In this document: positions 36,743 to 48,136 of the stretch, piece by piece
How positions within the stretch are numbered: the first letter of the stretch is position 1
How the letters are laid out: every line of letters begins with the position of its first letter
Assembly (NCBI GenBank): GCA_018670095.1
Contig: JABHRR010000040.1
Span: 7,331-71,330 of the forward strand
DNA from: Candidatus Woesearchaeota archaeon
GTDB lineage: Archaea > Nanobdellota > Nanobdellia > Woesearchaeales > GW2011-AR9
Direction: 5' to 3'
DNA length: 64,000 bases
Program-made: the position numbers and the translations under genes
Notes under the pieces: generated by a model
The model's input: only the letters and a program-made list of their open reading frames with translations
Databases searched by the model: none
Told to the model about the DNA's origin: nothing

Positions 36743-37879
36743 ATGAAACGAGCATTAATTACGGGAATTACTGGCCAAGACGGACCATATTTAGCAAGAT
36801 TATTATTAAGTAAAGGATACAAAGTTTACGGAACCTATCGAAGAACTTCTTCACCAAACTTTTGGCGATTACAGCATTTAGGAATACTTAAAAAAATCAC
36901 TTTGATTCCTGCTGACTTAAGCGATATGTCCTCATTATTAGAAGCGGTTACTGTTTCCAATCCAGACGAGATTTATAACTTAGCTGCGCAAAGTTTTGTT
37001 GGAGCATCATTTGATCAGCCTTTACACACAACAGAAATTGATGCAAGTGGAGCAACTCGTTTTTTAGAAATTATTAGGCATTTGAATAAAAACATCAAAT
37101 TTTATCAGGCATCTACCTCAGAACTGTTTGGAGGAGCAAAAGAATGTCCACAAGATGAAAGAACACCAATGATGCCAAATTCACCCTACGCCGCAGCAAA
37201 ATTACATGCTTATCACATGACAAAGATTTATCGTCATTCTTATGGGATTTTTACTTGTAATGGAATTTTATTTAATCATGAATCTCCTTTAAGGGGATTA
37301 GAATTTGTTACCAGAAAGATTACTAACTCTGTAGCAAAAATCAAATTAGGATTACAAAAAGAATTAGTTCTTGGAAATTTAGACGCTAAACGAGACTGGG
37401 GTTATGCTGGAGATTTTGTTAAGATGATGTGGATGATGATGCAGCACGATAAACCAGATGATTTTGTAATTGCCACTGGAGAAACTCATTCTGTAGGAGA
37501 GTTCGCTGAAGAAGCGTTCAAAGTTGTTGGTTTAGACTGGAAAAAATATGTTAAATCTGACCAAAAATTACACCGACCAATGGAAGTTCATCAATTATGT
37601 GGAGATGCAAGAAAAGCTAGAGATGTACTTGGTTGGGAAGCAGAAATAAAATTTAAAGAATTAGTAAAAATGATGGTAGAATCTGATTTGAGATTATGGA
37701 AGAAATTTACTTCTGGAGAAAATTTCCCTTGGGACGCGCCAAGTTTCCCGCATGGAATGGATGTTATTGCTCGAAACGTTACTCGTGATGCCAGTAGAGA
37801 AGCTGCTGCTGGTAGAGGTAATAAGATAGCTGGGATGAAGAAAAAGAAGTCTACTTGGAAGAAGCTGTTGAAAGGATGA
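36743..37879 (+). CDS. gmd: GDP-mannose 4,6-dehydratase-family NDP-sugar dehydratase (divergent paralog 1) with about 45-aa basic C-terminal extension
   Basis: ITGITGQDGPYL motif, STSELFG, YAAAK catalytic dyad, RR-S-N--R-HL region. Confidence 0.75.
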   Translation: MKRALITGITGQDGPYLARLLLSKGYKVYGTYRRTSSPNFWRLQHLGILKKITLIPADLSDMSSLLEAVTVSNPDEIYNLAAQSFVGASFDQPLHTTEIDASGATRFLEIIRHLNKNIKFYQASTSELFGGAKECPQDERTPMMPNSPYAAAKLHAYHMTKIYRHSYGIFTCNGILFNHESPLRGLEFVTRKITNSVAKIKLGLQKELVLGNLDAKRDWGYAGDFVKMMWMMMQHDKPDDFVIATGETHSVGEFAEEAFKVVGLDWKKYVKSDQKLHRPMEVHQLCGDARKARDVLGWEAEIKFKELVKMMVESDLRLWKKFTSGENFPWDAPSFPHGMDVIARNVTRDASREAAAGRGNKIAGMKKKKSTWKKLLKG

Positions 37880-37894
37880 AAATGTTTTAATTAT

Positions 37895-38701
37895 TTATTC
37901 TTGATTTAATTTTAAAATATATTCTAAACCTTGAACTACACCTAAAGGTCCTCGTTGTTCTGGAATAAAATGATGTTTATAAGAGTTAATAATTTTTTCT
38001 TGTTCAGGGTTTGTTCCCACATAGACCGTTAATCCGCCTTCTTTACCAACAACCTCAAACATGGGCATATCGTTCCCAGAATCGCCAAAGACAGCAATCT
38101 GATCTAAAGAGATACCTGTAACTTGAGAATATTTTGCAGTTGGTTTAGCTTTGGTTACTCCTCTAGCAAAGACATCGATTGCATCAGCAGACATAGAAAC
38201 TTCTGCGTATGGAAACTGTCTTTCAATTGCATCTTTAGTTGCTGGGAATCTGCTCTGTAATAAAGCCAAATCAGTTCTTCCTTCAGTAATAAATGGAGGG
38301 GTTACATAACCAGTTTGAGTTTCATATTTATCATTATTAGATTGTGGAACTAATCCTACACATAAATCATGTTTAACAATAAAAGCTTTAATCTCTTGAA
38401 CTTGATCTTTTTTTAAGCCTCCGAGAACAAAAGATTCAGCTTTGTCAAACATTTTTAGTGAAGAGCCCTCATAAAGAATACCTTCTTGGGGATTTTTGTT
38501 CTCATCTCCAATCAGAAGGTCATAAAGGATCTCTTGTTCAAAGAAAGGTCTCCCAGAAGCTAAGTTGAATAATATTCCATCAGAACGGACATTGGCAATA
38601 GCTCCTTTTAATTCTGGAGGGAAATTCTGAAAGTTTCCTCCTTCGATAAGAGTACCATCGGCGTCGGCCAAAATTGATTTTATTTGTTTCATTACTATCA
38701 A
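37895..38701 (-). CDS. HAD-IIB (Cof/sucrose-phosphatase/mannosyl-3-phosphoglycerate phosphatase-like) hydrolase
   Basis: Motif I DADGTL and motif IV FGDSGNDMPMF. Lies in the higher-GC segment. Confidence 0.65.
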   Translation of the reverse strand: MIVMKQIKSILADADGTLIEGGNFQNFPPELKGAIANVRSDGILFNLASGRPFFEQEILYDLLIGDENKNPQEGILYEGSSLKMFDKAESFVLGGLKKDQVQEIKAFIVKHDLCVGLVPQSNNDKYETQTGYVTPPFITEGRTDLALLQSRFPATKDAIERQFPYAEVSMSADAIDVFARGVTKAKPTAKYSQVTGISLDQIAVFGDSGNDMPMFEVVGKEGGLTVYVGTNPEQEKIINSYKHHFIPEQRGPLGVVQGLEYILKLNQE

Positions 38702-38707
38702 AGATTA

Positions 38708-39658
38708 TTAGTCTCTTAATTCTCCTGGTTTAAGACTCATTAAAGCTCCACGAGTAGAGTACATGATATCAAATTCTCTACCATCTGGCACTTTACCAGT
38801 ATCTAATATACGTTGAACATCACTCATTGAACTTAATTGAATTAAAGGTTTATGTTCTCTTTCAGAAACTTTTTCCATCCATCTACCTGAAGAAAAGTAC
38901 TCATCAGGAGCATCTGTTTGAGCAATATAAGTGAAATCTAAATCGCCTTTAATTGGATTTGAATAAACACCAGCAAAAAATGGACGTTCAATCAAAGAGG
39001 ATTCTAATAATCCAAACTCTTCTTCCATTTCTGCTAATAAATCTTCATTCAAATCAACTTTTTCTGGATGACGATATTTTAAATGTCCGGCAACTGCATT
39101 TAGTAACCCTTTAGCATCTTCATTTGTTCTTTCTCCAATAAAAACAGAACCTTCTTTAGTTATGGGAAGAACAGCAATTCCTGGTGCTCTGGAAAAGAAA
39201 GCGTATTTATCACCAAACAATTCTTCACCTCTCTTTTGAAGAGCTAAATTTTCTTCATCACTTCTATTTTGATCGGCTTGGAAAGCTTTGTAGTGAGTTA
39301 TTCCAAAAGGTAAGGTAAATGAAGTTCGATCTCTGACTGATGATAATGGAATAAGTGTTGGAGTATTATATCTTAATTTCCGATCATCAAATGGAGAATC
39401 ACTACCATCACTAATCTCTCCACTCTTCACCAGAGGATTAATAACATTATCAATATGCCATTGAAAGTCTCTTGATTGAGAAATGTCATCAGGATTAGCT
39501 GCACATAATCCCTCTTTTGTGAACATGTGATCAACACACCAATGACTAATAAGTTCTCTTGATAAACTTTTTCTTAACCGTTTTTCAATTATAGGTACCG
39601 TCGTTACATAATCAAAATAGTTTACTTCTTCAACTTGAAAATCATTTGTATTTGTCAT
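38708..39658 (-). CDS. hypothetical protein (possible degenerate Nudix-like box GHLKYRHPEKVDLNEDLLAEMEEEFG)
   Basis: The ORF is intact and the codon usage is consistent with coding, but no firm family assignment. Higher-GC segment. Confidence 0.3.
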   Translation of the reverse strand: MTNTNDFQVEEVNYFDYVTTVPIIEKRLRKSLSRELISHWCVDHMFTKEGLCAANPDDISQSRDFQWHIDNVINPLVKSGEISDGSDSPFDDRKLRYNTPTLIPLSSVRDRTSFTLPFGITHYKAFQADQNRSDEENLALQKRGEELFGDKYAFFSRAPGIAVLPITKEGSVFIGERTNEDAKGLLNAVAGHLKYRHPEKVDLNEDLLAEMEEEFGLLESSLIERPFFAGVYSNPIKGDLDFTYIAQTDAPDEYFSSGRWMEKVSEREHKPLIQLSSMSDVQRILDTGKVPDGREFDIMYSTRGALMSLKPGELRD

Positions 39659-39695
39659 TTTTATTTACCTCATAGAATGTTTCTTTAATGATAAT

Positions 39696-40142
39696 TTATT
39701 CGAGATGGTCTGAACTTATTACTACCCCATACTTCACTTCTCCTTCTAAACCATTTGAAGTAGTTGCTTCTTTAAAAAGTAAGCGAGGACCACCCTCCCT
39801 AAATTTTAATGTGTTTTCAGGAAGTTTAGTAAGTTCAGGAATAATTTCTTTTCCTTCTTCAACAGATGAAGCAACACCAACTTGATACAAAACTTTAGCA
39901 AGATCATCTAAAGGTAAAATCCGAGTATTATTTGCTGGATATCCAAAACATCTATTCAGTTGATATCCCAACCCACAGTCTTTAAATACTTCTTTAGCAA
40001 TTTTGTTTACACCTTTTCTTTGTCTACGGGTATTATACTGTTCTCTTTCAGTACTTGTTAAGAATTCTTCTAATTTATCATCCATTCCAGATATTCTTCG
40101 AATATATCCACAAACATCGTGTTTTTTAGAGTGTTCAACCAT
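39696..40142 (-). CDS. hypothetical protein
   Basis: 148-aa ORF in the higher-GC segment, co-oriented with its neighbours. Confidence 0.3.
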   Translation of the reverse strand: MVEHSKKHDVCGYIRRISGMDDKLEEFLTSTEREQYNTRRQRKGVNKIAKEVFKDCGLGYQLNRCFGYPANNTRILPLDDLAKVLYQVGVASSVEEGKEIIPELTKLPENTLKFREGGPRLLFKEATTSNGLEGEVKYGVVISSDHLE

Positions 40143-40209
40143 AAATTAATTAGAAAACTTTTAGTTTATAAATCTTTTGAAACAATAACTATTTGTTAGT
40201 AAGAAAAAA

Positions 40210-41854
<1,645 letters not shown>

Positions 41855-41856
41855 TC

Positions 41857-43158
41857 TTAATCAACAACTCTAAATTCTGGCAAAGGAACAATCCACTTAC
41901 CACCTTTTAATCTCCATTCTTTTTCCCGAGCATACATTTCATTAAAAAAAGCATAAGGCAATACTAAAAAATAATCAGGTTGGGCTTTCCTAGCTTCCTC
42001 TTCAGAAACAATAGGGATATTTGTTCCTACTGTATATCGTCCAAACTTCCAAGGACTTCGTTCAGAAGCAGCCGTAATTAATGAATCATCTAATCCGTAA
42101 TATTGTAAAATAACATTGCCTTTAGTAGAAGCGCCGAAAACCCAGACTTTCTTGCCATTAGCAGTTTCCTGTTTGATAAAATCAACACACTTCTTCTTAT
42201 TATCTTCCAATCTCTGAAAAAAATCTTGATAAACTTTCTTATCTTGAAAATCTTTTTCTTCTTCTTTAACTTGAGCAATTCTTTCTGCCGCTCCTTCTGG
42301 AATATTGATCATTGCACCTTTCTTTTTTGCATATAACCTGTAACTACCACCATTAACATTATTAATTTCAATATCAAAAATTTCTAAACCATTCTGCCCG
42401 AAAAGATATTCAAGAGAAGCAAAAGAATAATATTCTAAATGTTCGTGACAAATATTGCCAACATCATTACTATCCAGCATATTTTTTAGGCACATCAACT
42501 GCGCAATAAAAACACCGTCATCAGTTAAAGCTTTTTCCGCATCAGCAATAAACTGGTTAGGGTCTTCCATATCGTAAAACATTCCTAAAGCAGTGATCAC
42601 TTTTGCTTTTTTACCAACAACAGAAAAGTATTTGTCATAAATCCAAAAATCGTTAATTAAATGAGTTATTCCTTTACTACCTTCTTCAGCCAGATTAGTT
42701 GCTGGTTCAACACCAACAGTAATCAATCCTGGAACAGTAAATTGTCGCAAAAGGGTACCATCATTACTGCCGATGTCAAGCATAACGTCACCAGACTGTA
42801 GATTAAATTTTTGTTCAGCAAGATTCGCAATCTCTTTAAGCGCTTTGATCATCGTTTCAGTAACACCGGACTTGTACCAATAAAAGCCAGTATAAAGCAA
42901 TTCCTGAGGAGCAGTATGTTTTAATTGTACTAATGAACAGTTCTCACAAAAAATCATTTCTAAAGGTGCTTTCCTTAGTTTGTGGAAATCTTCTTTTTTA
43001 GGGAAATCGTTGATATATTGATCTCCAAGAGTAAACAAGAAAGTTAGTTTATCAGAATTACAAACTCGGCAAGTTGTTCTAGTAGTATAAGCAGTAGGGA
43101 TCTTTACTTCGTTTCCAACCTCATTTTGCTCGTTATTCATATTATATGTCTTTCTCAA
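41857..43158 (-). CDS. TylCIII/NovU-like NDP-hexose C-methyltransferase family protein
   Basis: N-terminal Zn-ribbon CRVCNSDKL...CENCSLVQL, SAM motif LDIGSNDGTLL, length and C-terminal domain consistent with the Methyltransf_13/14 architecture. Confidence 0.65.
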   Translation of the reverse strand: MRKTYNMNNEQNEVGNEVKIPTAYTTRTTCRVCNSDKLTFLFTLGDQYINDFPKKEDFHKLRKAPLEMIFCENCSLVQLKHTAPQELLYTGFYWYKSGVTETMIKALKEIANLAEQKFNLQSGDVMLDIGSNDGTLLRQFTVPGLITVGVEPATNLAEEGSKGITHLINDFWIYDKYFSVVGKKAKVITALGMFYDMEDPNQFIADAEKALTDDGVFIAQLMCLKNMLDSNDVGNICHEHLEYYSFASLEYLFGQNGLEIFDIEINNVNGGSYRLYAKKKGAMINIPEGAAERIAQVKEEEKDFQDKKVYQDFFQRLEDNKKKCVDFIKQETANGKKVWVFGASTKGNVILQYYGLDDSLITAASERSPWKFGRYTVGTNIPIVSEEEARKAQPDYFLVLPYAFFNEMYAREKEWRLKGGKWIVPLPEFRVVD

Positions 43159-43215
43159 TCTAAATATTATAAAGTTTTCTGTTCTCTAACACTTAAAAAG
43201 AATACTTATAAAATT

Positions 43216-43650
43216 TCATACTTTAAAGACAAAATATTTGTTAAATAGAAAATTAATAATTGAAACAGTGCCCGCAACAATAACAATGGCAAATAAATAG
43301 TGCCAATTTAATAATTCAGTAGTTAAATAAACTAAAATCCAATTTAAGTCGCTGATAAACAAGATGATGAGAAAAAATAAAATAAAATTACCTTTTTTCT
43401 TAAATGTGATTACAGAGTGATATAAAAATAAAAAAAATATTTCCATGCCTAAAGCAATTGCAAATGAAGCCATATACCAAATATGAACATATTCGGTTAA
43501 AATAAAAGTGATAAATAAATTTAAAAGTAAACTTAATCCTCCGCCAATTAAAAATTTAAAATAACGAAAATAGTTTGAGTTTAATATCTTAGGATTAAAA
43601 TAATTTTGACCCCATTCATTGCTTTTTGTGTAATCCATATTTTTAACCAA
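43216..43650 (-). CDS. GtrA-like small membrane protein (polyprenyl-phosphate sugar flippase component)
   Basis: 144 aa, 4 TM, with the typical GtrA N-terminal GGGLSLLLNL. Confidence 0.6.
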   Translation of the reverse strand: MVKNMDYTKSNEWGQNYFNPKILNSNYFRYFKFLIGGGLSLLLNLFITFILTEYVHIWYMASFAIALGMEIFFLFLYHSVITFKKKGNFILFFLIILFISDLNWILVYLTTELLNWHYLFAIVIVAGTVSIINFLFNKYFVFKV

Positions 43651-43652
43651 AA

Positions 43653-44381
43653 TTAATATTTTCCAAATCTTAATTTTAAGACTCTTAGACCATAATCTTT
43701 TCCTAACCTAAATAAAGTCCCTAAATCACCATCAGATTTAGATACTCCTTCTGTTCTAATGTTATAAACGCAAGGCATTTCGATAATTTTATATCCTGCT
43801 TTTTTTGCTTTGTAAGCAAAATCAATGAAATATTCTCCAAAGCCTTTTCGAGAGAAGTGTACTTTATCAAACACTTCTTTACGAACAGCAGCAAAACCGG
43901 AAGTGTAATCTCTCACCCCAAAACCCAAAAAAGTCATAGCATAAAGATTTATTAAAATGCTAACAAAAACTCTAAATGCCGGCCGAGGATCTTTACCGCC
44001 TTTAACATATCTGGAACCAATAGCAATATCATACTTATCTAACTGAGATACCAAGCCAGGAATCTCTTCAGGAGACAATCCCAAATCACAATCCAACCAA
44101 ACAATAACATCTCCTTGAGCAGCTCTAATCCCATCATCTAAAGCAGAAGCTAAACCTTTCTCATTAATTCTGCGAATAAGTTTTACTTTTGGATTGTTTA
44201 ATTCTTCAACCAATTTCCAGGTTAAATCAGGAGAATTATCATCTACAATAATAATTTCTAATAATTGTTCACAAACAGCATTACTGATCCGATTAATCGC
44301 TTCCACAATATTATCTTTTTCATTATAAGAAGGAAGAATTACAGAGACTTTAAATTCATTAATATTATTATTTGTTTGCAT
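43653..44381 (-). CDS. GT2 polyprenyl-phosphate hexose synthase (DPM1/ArnC-like, soluble form)
   Basis: SVILPSYNE ... IIIVDDNSPD ... WLDCDL (DxD) motifs. Paralog of the 52543..53331 gene. Confidence 0.75.
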   Translation of the reverse strand: MQTNNNINEFKVSVILPSYNEKDNIVEAINRISNAVCEQLLEIIIVDDNSPDLTWKLVEELNNPKVKLIRRINEKGLASALDDGIRAAQGDVIVWLDCDLGLSPEEIPGLVSQLDKYDIAIGSRYVKGGKDPRPAFRVFVSILINLYAMTFLGFGVRDYTSGFAAVRKEVFDKVHFSRKGFGEYFIDFAYKAKKAGYKIIEMPCVYNIRTEGVSKSDGDLGTLFRLGKDYGLRVLKLRFGKY

Positions 44382-45519
44382 TCTCTTCTCTATTCTCTTT
44401 CTGAATCTCTTTTATCTGATTAACAATGAAAATTATTTGCTTATTAGTCAAATGACTAGTAGATGGCAAATAGAACCCTTTAGCTTCCAATTCATCTGAA
44501 CCAGGATAATTTCCAGTAGTGTCCGGAAAACGAGGATCATCACCAAAATAAGCAGGTTGTTTATGCATGCCAATAAAGAAAGTTCTAGTATCAACTCCTC
44601 TTTCTTTTAATTTTTTGCAAAGTTCTGGCATGGTCATTCCAAATTCTGGTTGTACCAAAATGCTGTACATCCAATAAACATTCTTGGCCCAATCTTTTTC
44701 TGGTGGTAAAGTTATCCCTGGAACATCTTTAAGCAGTTCATTGTAAAGATGAGCATTGTTTCTTCTCATCTCAACATAATCATCTAATTTTTCAACCTGA
44801 GCAAGACCAATAGCTGCCTGAAGATTAGTTAAGCGATGATTATATCCTACTTTCTGATGTAAAAATCGAGGTTCACCAAAATAATGGTTTCTTAATTTTC
44901 TTGCTTCCTCAGCAATTTTATCGTTACTTGTTATCACCATACCACCTTCACCGGTTGTAATGAGTTTGTTAGCATAAAAACTAAAACAAGCCACATCACT
45001 TAAACTACCAGCTTTTTTACCTTTGTACTCGGCACCATGCGCTTCAGCAGCATCTTCAATAACAAACAGATTATGTTTGTCAGCAATTTCTTTTACTCTG
45101 TCCATATCAACAGGATGGCCGTAAGTATGGACTACCATAATTGCTTTTGTTTTTTCAGTAATATTTTCTTCAATCTTATCAATGTCCATATTCCAAGTAT
45201 CTAGTTCAGAATCAATTAATACGGGTTTAGCCCCCGAATAAATTATGGCATTAGAAGAGGCAGCCATGGTAAATGTTGGAGTAATCACTTCATCGCCTTT
45301 ACCAATACCAAGAGCTTCAATCGCCAAATGTAAAGCAGTGGTTCCATTTGTACAACTGATTCCATGTTTGACACCACAATAAGCAGCAAACTTTTCTTCA
45401 AACTGTTTTAAGAAAGATCCACCAGAAGAGATCCAGCCGGTTTGCACAGCTTCTGTAACATATTTTAATTCGTTACCTTGTAAAGTCGGTTCACAAACAG
45501 GGATAAAATTTTGATTCAT
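44368..45519 (-). CDS. DegT/DnrJ/EryC1-family sugar aminotransferase (perosamine synthase-like)
   Basis: CFSFYANKLITTGEGG PLP-lysine motif; 14-nt overlap with the downstream GT2 gene. Confidence 0.75.
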   Translation of the reverse strand: MNQNFIPVCEPTLQGNELKYVTEAVQTGWISSGGSFLKQFEEKFAAYCGVKHGISCTNGTTALHLAIEALGIGKGDEVITPTFTMAASSNAIIYSGAKPVLIDSELDTWNMDIDKIEENITEKTKAIMVVHTYGHPVDMDRVKEIADKHNLFVIEDAAEAHGAEYKGKKAGSLSDVACFSFYANKLITTGEGGMVITSNDKIAEEARKLRNHYFGEPRFLHQKVGYNHRLTNLQAAIGLAQVEKLDDYVEMRRNNAHLYNELLKDVPGITLPPEKDWAKNVYWMYSILVQPEFGMTMPELCKKLKERGVDTRTFFIGMHKQPAYFGDDPRFPDTTGNYPGSDELEAKGFYLPSTSHLTNKQIIFIVNQIKEIQKENREENANK

Positions 45520-45980
45520 ATGTAATCACCTTCTTTATTTGTTTCTTTAACGTCTCTTTTCTCGTTCTCTCGGCCCCGATAAGGACCTTGTTTAAGTTCA
45601 ATCACTTTAGTATTATCTTCTAAAAAAGTGAAACCATGACCACAATTAAGAATTATGGAATCTCCTGTATTCACAATCACTTCAGAAATTTTAAGATCAT
45701 TCTCACTTTCATCATAGAGATCAATCTTAATACTTCCTGAGATAATATAAAAAAATTCTTGCACTGGAAAATTTGTCAGTTGAGAAAAAGGAATATGAAC
45801 ATGAGGAGTGCAAACATCACCCTTTGGCCGATTATGCATTCCTACTTGAAATGGAAATTCGTCCGGACTAACAAACAACATACTTTTACCAGATTGTTCC
45901 AATTCTTGCAATGCCTTAGCTCGAGTAACAATTGCGAGAATCTTACCGTTACGCTCTATTCTTTCTATTGAATTTTCCAC
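45516..45980 (-). CDS. WxcM/FdtA-like cupin (NDP-4-keto-6-deoxyhexose 3,4-ketoisomerase), putative
   Basis: 154-aa cupin with the His pair PHVHIP; 4-nt overlap with the aminotransferase gene. Confidence 0.5.
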   Translation of the reverse strand: MENSIERIERNGKILAIVTRAKALQELEQSGKSMLFVSPDEFPFQVGMHNRPKGDVCTPHVHIPFSQLTNFPVQEFFYIISGSIKIDLYDESENDLKISEVIVNTGDSIILNCGHGFTFLEDNTKVIELKQGPYRGRENEKRDVKETNKEGDYI

Positions 45981-46063
45981 TTTAAACTACCTAATTTCAA
46001 TTAATAAAGTCTTAATCCAATCTTTATATAAAAAGGTTATGGGCTTAAAGAAGATATTAAGAA

Positions 46064-47782
46064 TCAAAATCTTCTCTTTCTGAAAACAAGATAAAAAACA
46101 AAAGGAATACTTAATATTGCAAGAATAACATCTAACCACAAAATAAAAAATCCAACCCCCTCAACTACTTTTTCAAAACCAGTTGCTTGATAATAATCAA
46201 CAGCTTGTTCTGGATATTTCCAACCAACCGGATAAAACCAAAACTGATGTGTTTTATCAATAGCTTCCAACGCTTCGTTTGGTAAACTGATTTGTCCTTG
46301 ATAAATTAAGAAGTGATGGGTTGCTTTTACTTCGCCCACTGATTGCAAATTTTCTTTGAAATAAGTACTGATTTGTTCTCCAGTATCAAAAACACGTTGA
46401 AAGTCTTCGGGTTTCCAACCACAATTAGTTCCTGGACCACACTCGATATAATACAAAGGCACAGTAACTTTGTTTGGAGCATCTTTAACTTGTTCCATTA
46501 AATCAAAGAAATGCGTTCCTTCAAAATAATGTTTATCATTAAAGACCCATGCATGAATACCACGATAAATTCTAGGATCAATTACAACGACAGCATTGTT
46601 GGGAATGTTTTCGTGTGTATATTCTCGTAATGCTAAGGTTATTGATTGTTCACGTGACTCTTTTAGTTCCGGGATTATAACAAAGAAAGTAATCATTAAT
46701 ATGATGATAATTACAAATGAGCTGAGATGTTTAAAATTAAATTTCTGTTTTATTTTCTCTGATAATAAAAAAATAGAATAAGCAGAAAAAACACTAAATA
46801 TTGCTGAAATCCAAATATAATGACTTCCACTACCTGTCTGGCCAGCTAAATAAACAAAAGGAAAAACAATGGACAAAATAAACAAAGAAGCAACTAAACG
46901 ATTTCTTTTAAAATAATATATTAATCCGAGGAGTCCAAAAATAAAAATAAAAGGTTCTAATTTTAATAATAATAAAATCTTACCGCTGGTTATACTTGTA
47001 AGTTTATCAAATGACCATTCAGTTTTCATCCCTTGATGGACCGTTTCTCCAATTCCTAAAACATTTGAAAAGAAATAATCTGTTATTCCCTTTTCTTGAT
47101 AAACAAGATAATTATAAGAAAATATTGGGATAATTAAAATTATAAAAATTAATGCACAAAAAAGAACTAATTTAATGTTTTTTGGGGACAAAATGAAACT
47201 GCCGTCTTTAACAAGATTACTTTGGGAATACTCTTTAATAATCCAAATGACAGCAAGAATGGGAACAAAAAGAATTGCAATTGGTTTTACTAAAATACCT
47301 AAAGAAAGAAATAAAGTGGCAAGATATAAATGATGATGATTTTTTAACCCACGAATAAAAAATAAAATACTGAGGAAAACAAAAAAATAAGCAAGCATAT
47401 CCATCTCATAATTAAATTTTATTGCATGTCCTGAAAAAGCAAAAAGAAAAGCAGCAAAAAGAGCATTTTTTTTATTGTCAAACAACTCTTTGGCGATTAA
47501 AAAAATAATAAAAACAGAAAGGGCACCAAATATAATTGCAGTTAATCTCAAAGAGATGGGAGTAATCCCACCAAACAATTTATAGCTAATATCTGTAAGA
47601 TAAAAAAATAGAGGTGATTGTTCTATTGTTCCCAATCTATCTGCAGAAATAATATTTAATGGAATAATGGAGTAAATCATCTCATCGGTGGATACATCCG
47701 TATTATTAGCGGCATAAATCCTAATAACAAATGCTAAGATAAATATTATAACCAAAAAGATTAAAGTTTTTGTAACTTTCAT
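46064..47782 (-). CDS. GT-C membrane glycosyltransferase (PMT_2/ArnT-like, GT39/GT83-type), no. 1
   Basis: First-loop acidic motif STDEMIY and the pattern SLRLTAIIFGALSVFIIFLIAKELF typical of ArnT/PMT; many TM helices. Confidence 0.6.
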   Translation of the reverse strand: MKVTKTLIFLVIIFILAFVIRIYAANNTDVSTDEMIYSIIPLNIISADRLGTIEQSPLFFYLTDISYKLFGGITPISLRLTAIIFGALSVFIIFLIAKELFDNKKNALFAAFLFAFSGHAIKFNYEMDMLAYFFVFLSILFFIRGLKNHHHLYLATLFLSLGILVKPIAILFVPILAVIWIIKEYSQSNLVKDGSFILSPKNIKLVLFCALIFIILIIPIFSYNYLVYQEKGITDYFFSNVLGIGETVHQGMKTEWSFDKLTSITSGKILLLLKLEPFIFIFGLLGLIYYFKRNRLVASLFILSIVFPFVYLAGQTGSGSHYIWISAIFSVFSAYSIFLLSEKIKQKFNFKHLSSFVIIIILMITFFVIIPELKESREQSITLALREYTHENIPNNAVVVIDPRIYRGIHAWVFNDKHYFEGTHFFDLMEQVKDAPNKVTVPLYYIECGPGTNCGWKPEDFQRVFDTGEQISTYFKENLQSVGEVKATHHFLIYQGQISLPNEALEAIDKTHQFWFYPVGWKYPEQAVDYYQATGFEKVVEGVGFFILWLDVILAILSIPFVFYLVFRKRRF

Positions 47783-47872
47783 TTTACATTCTTTGTTTTT
47801 TTTTGTTATTTGTTCTTTACTCTTAATTCTTTGTTATTAATTTTTAGTTTTTATTATTTGTTTTTGTGTTAA

Positions 47873-48127
47873 TCATTCAAAAACACAAATATACCCATTG
47901 TTTGATTGAGCAACATGTCCTCCAGCACCCAAACAACAATTATTTACTTCTCTAAACTTCTGGCAAAAATCTTCACCTTTAGCAATGCATTTTTTTTGTA
48001 TACAATTATCATAACCACTTTTATCCGTATTTTTCATTGCTCCAATTGAAAAAATAACCATTAAGATAAGTAAGCTATATAATATAAACAATAACGATTT
48101 TTGTCCGAATGATAAATTATTTTCCAT
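47873..48127 (-). CDS. small secreted/membrane-anchored cysteine-rich protein
   Basis: 84 aa, N-terminal hydrophobic anchor, 7 Cys in the C-terminal 45 aa (CIQKKCIAKGEDFCQKFREVNNCC...). Confidence 0.4.
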   Translation of the reverse strand: MENNLSFGQKSLLFILYSLLILMVIFSIGAMKNTDKSGYDNCIQKKCIAKGEDFCQKFREVNNCCLGAGGHVAQSNNGYICVFE

Positions 48128-48136
48128 TTTATCTGA

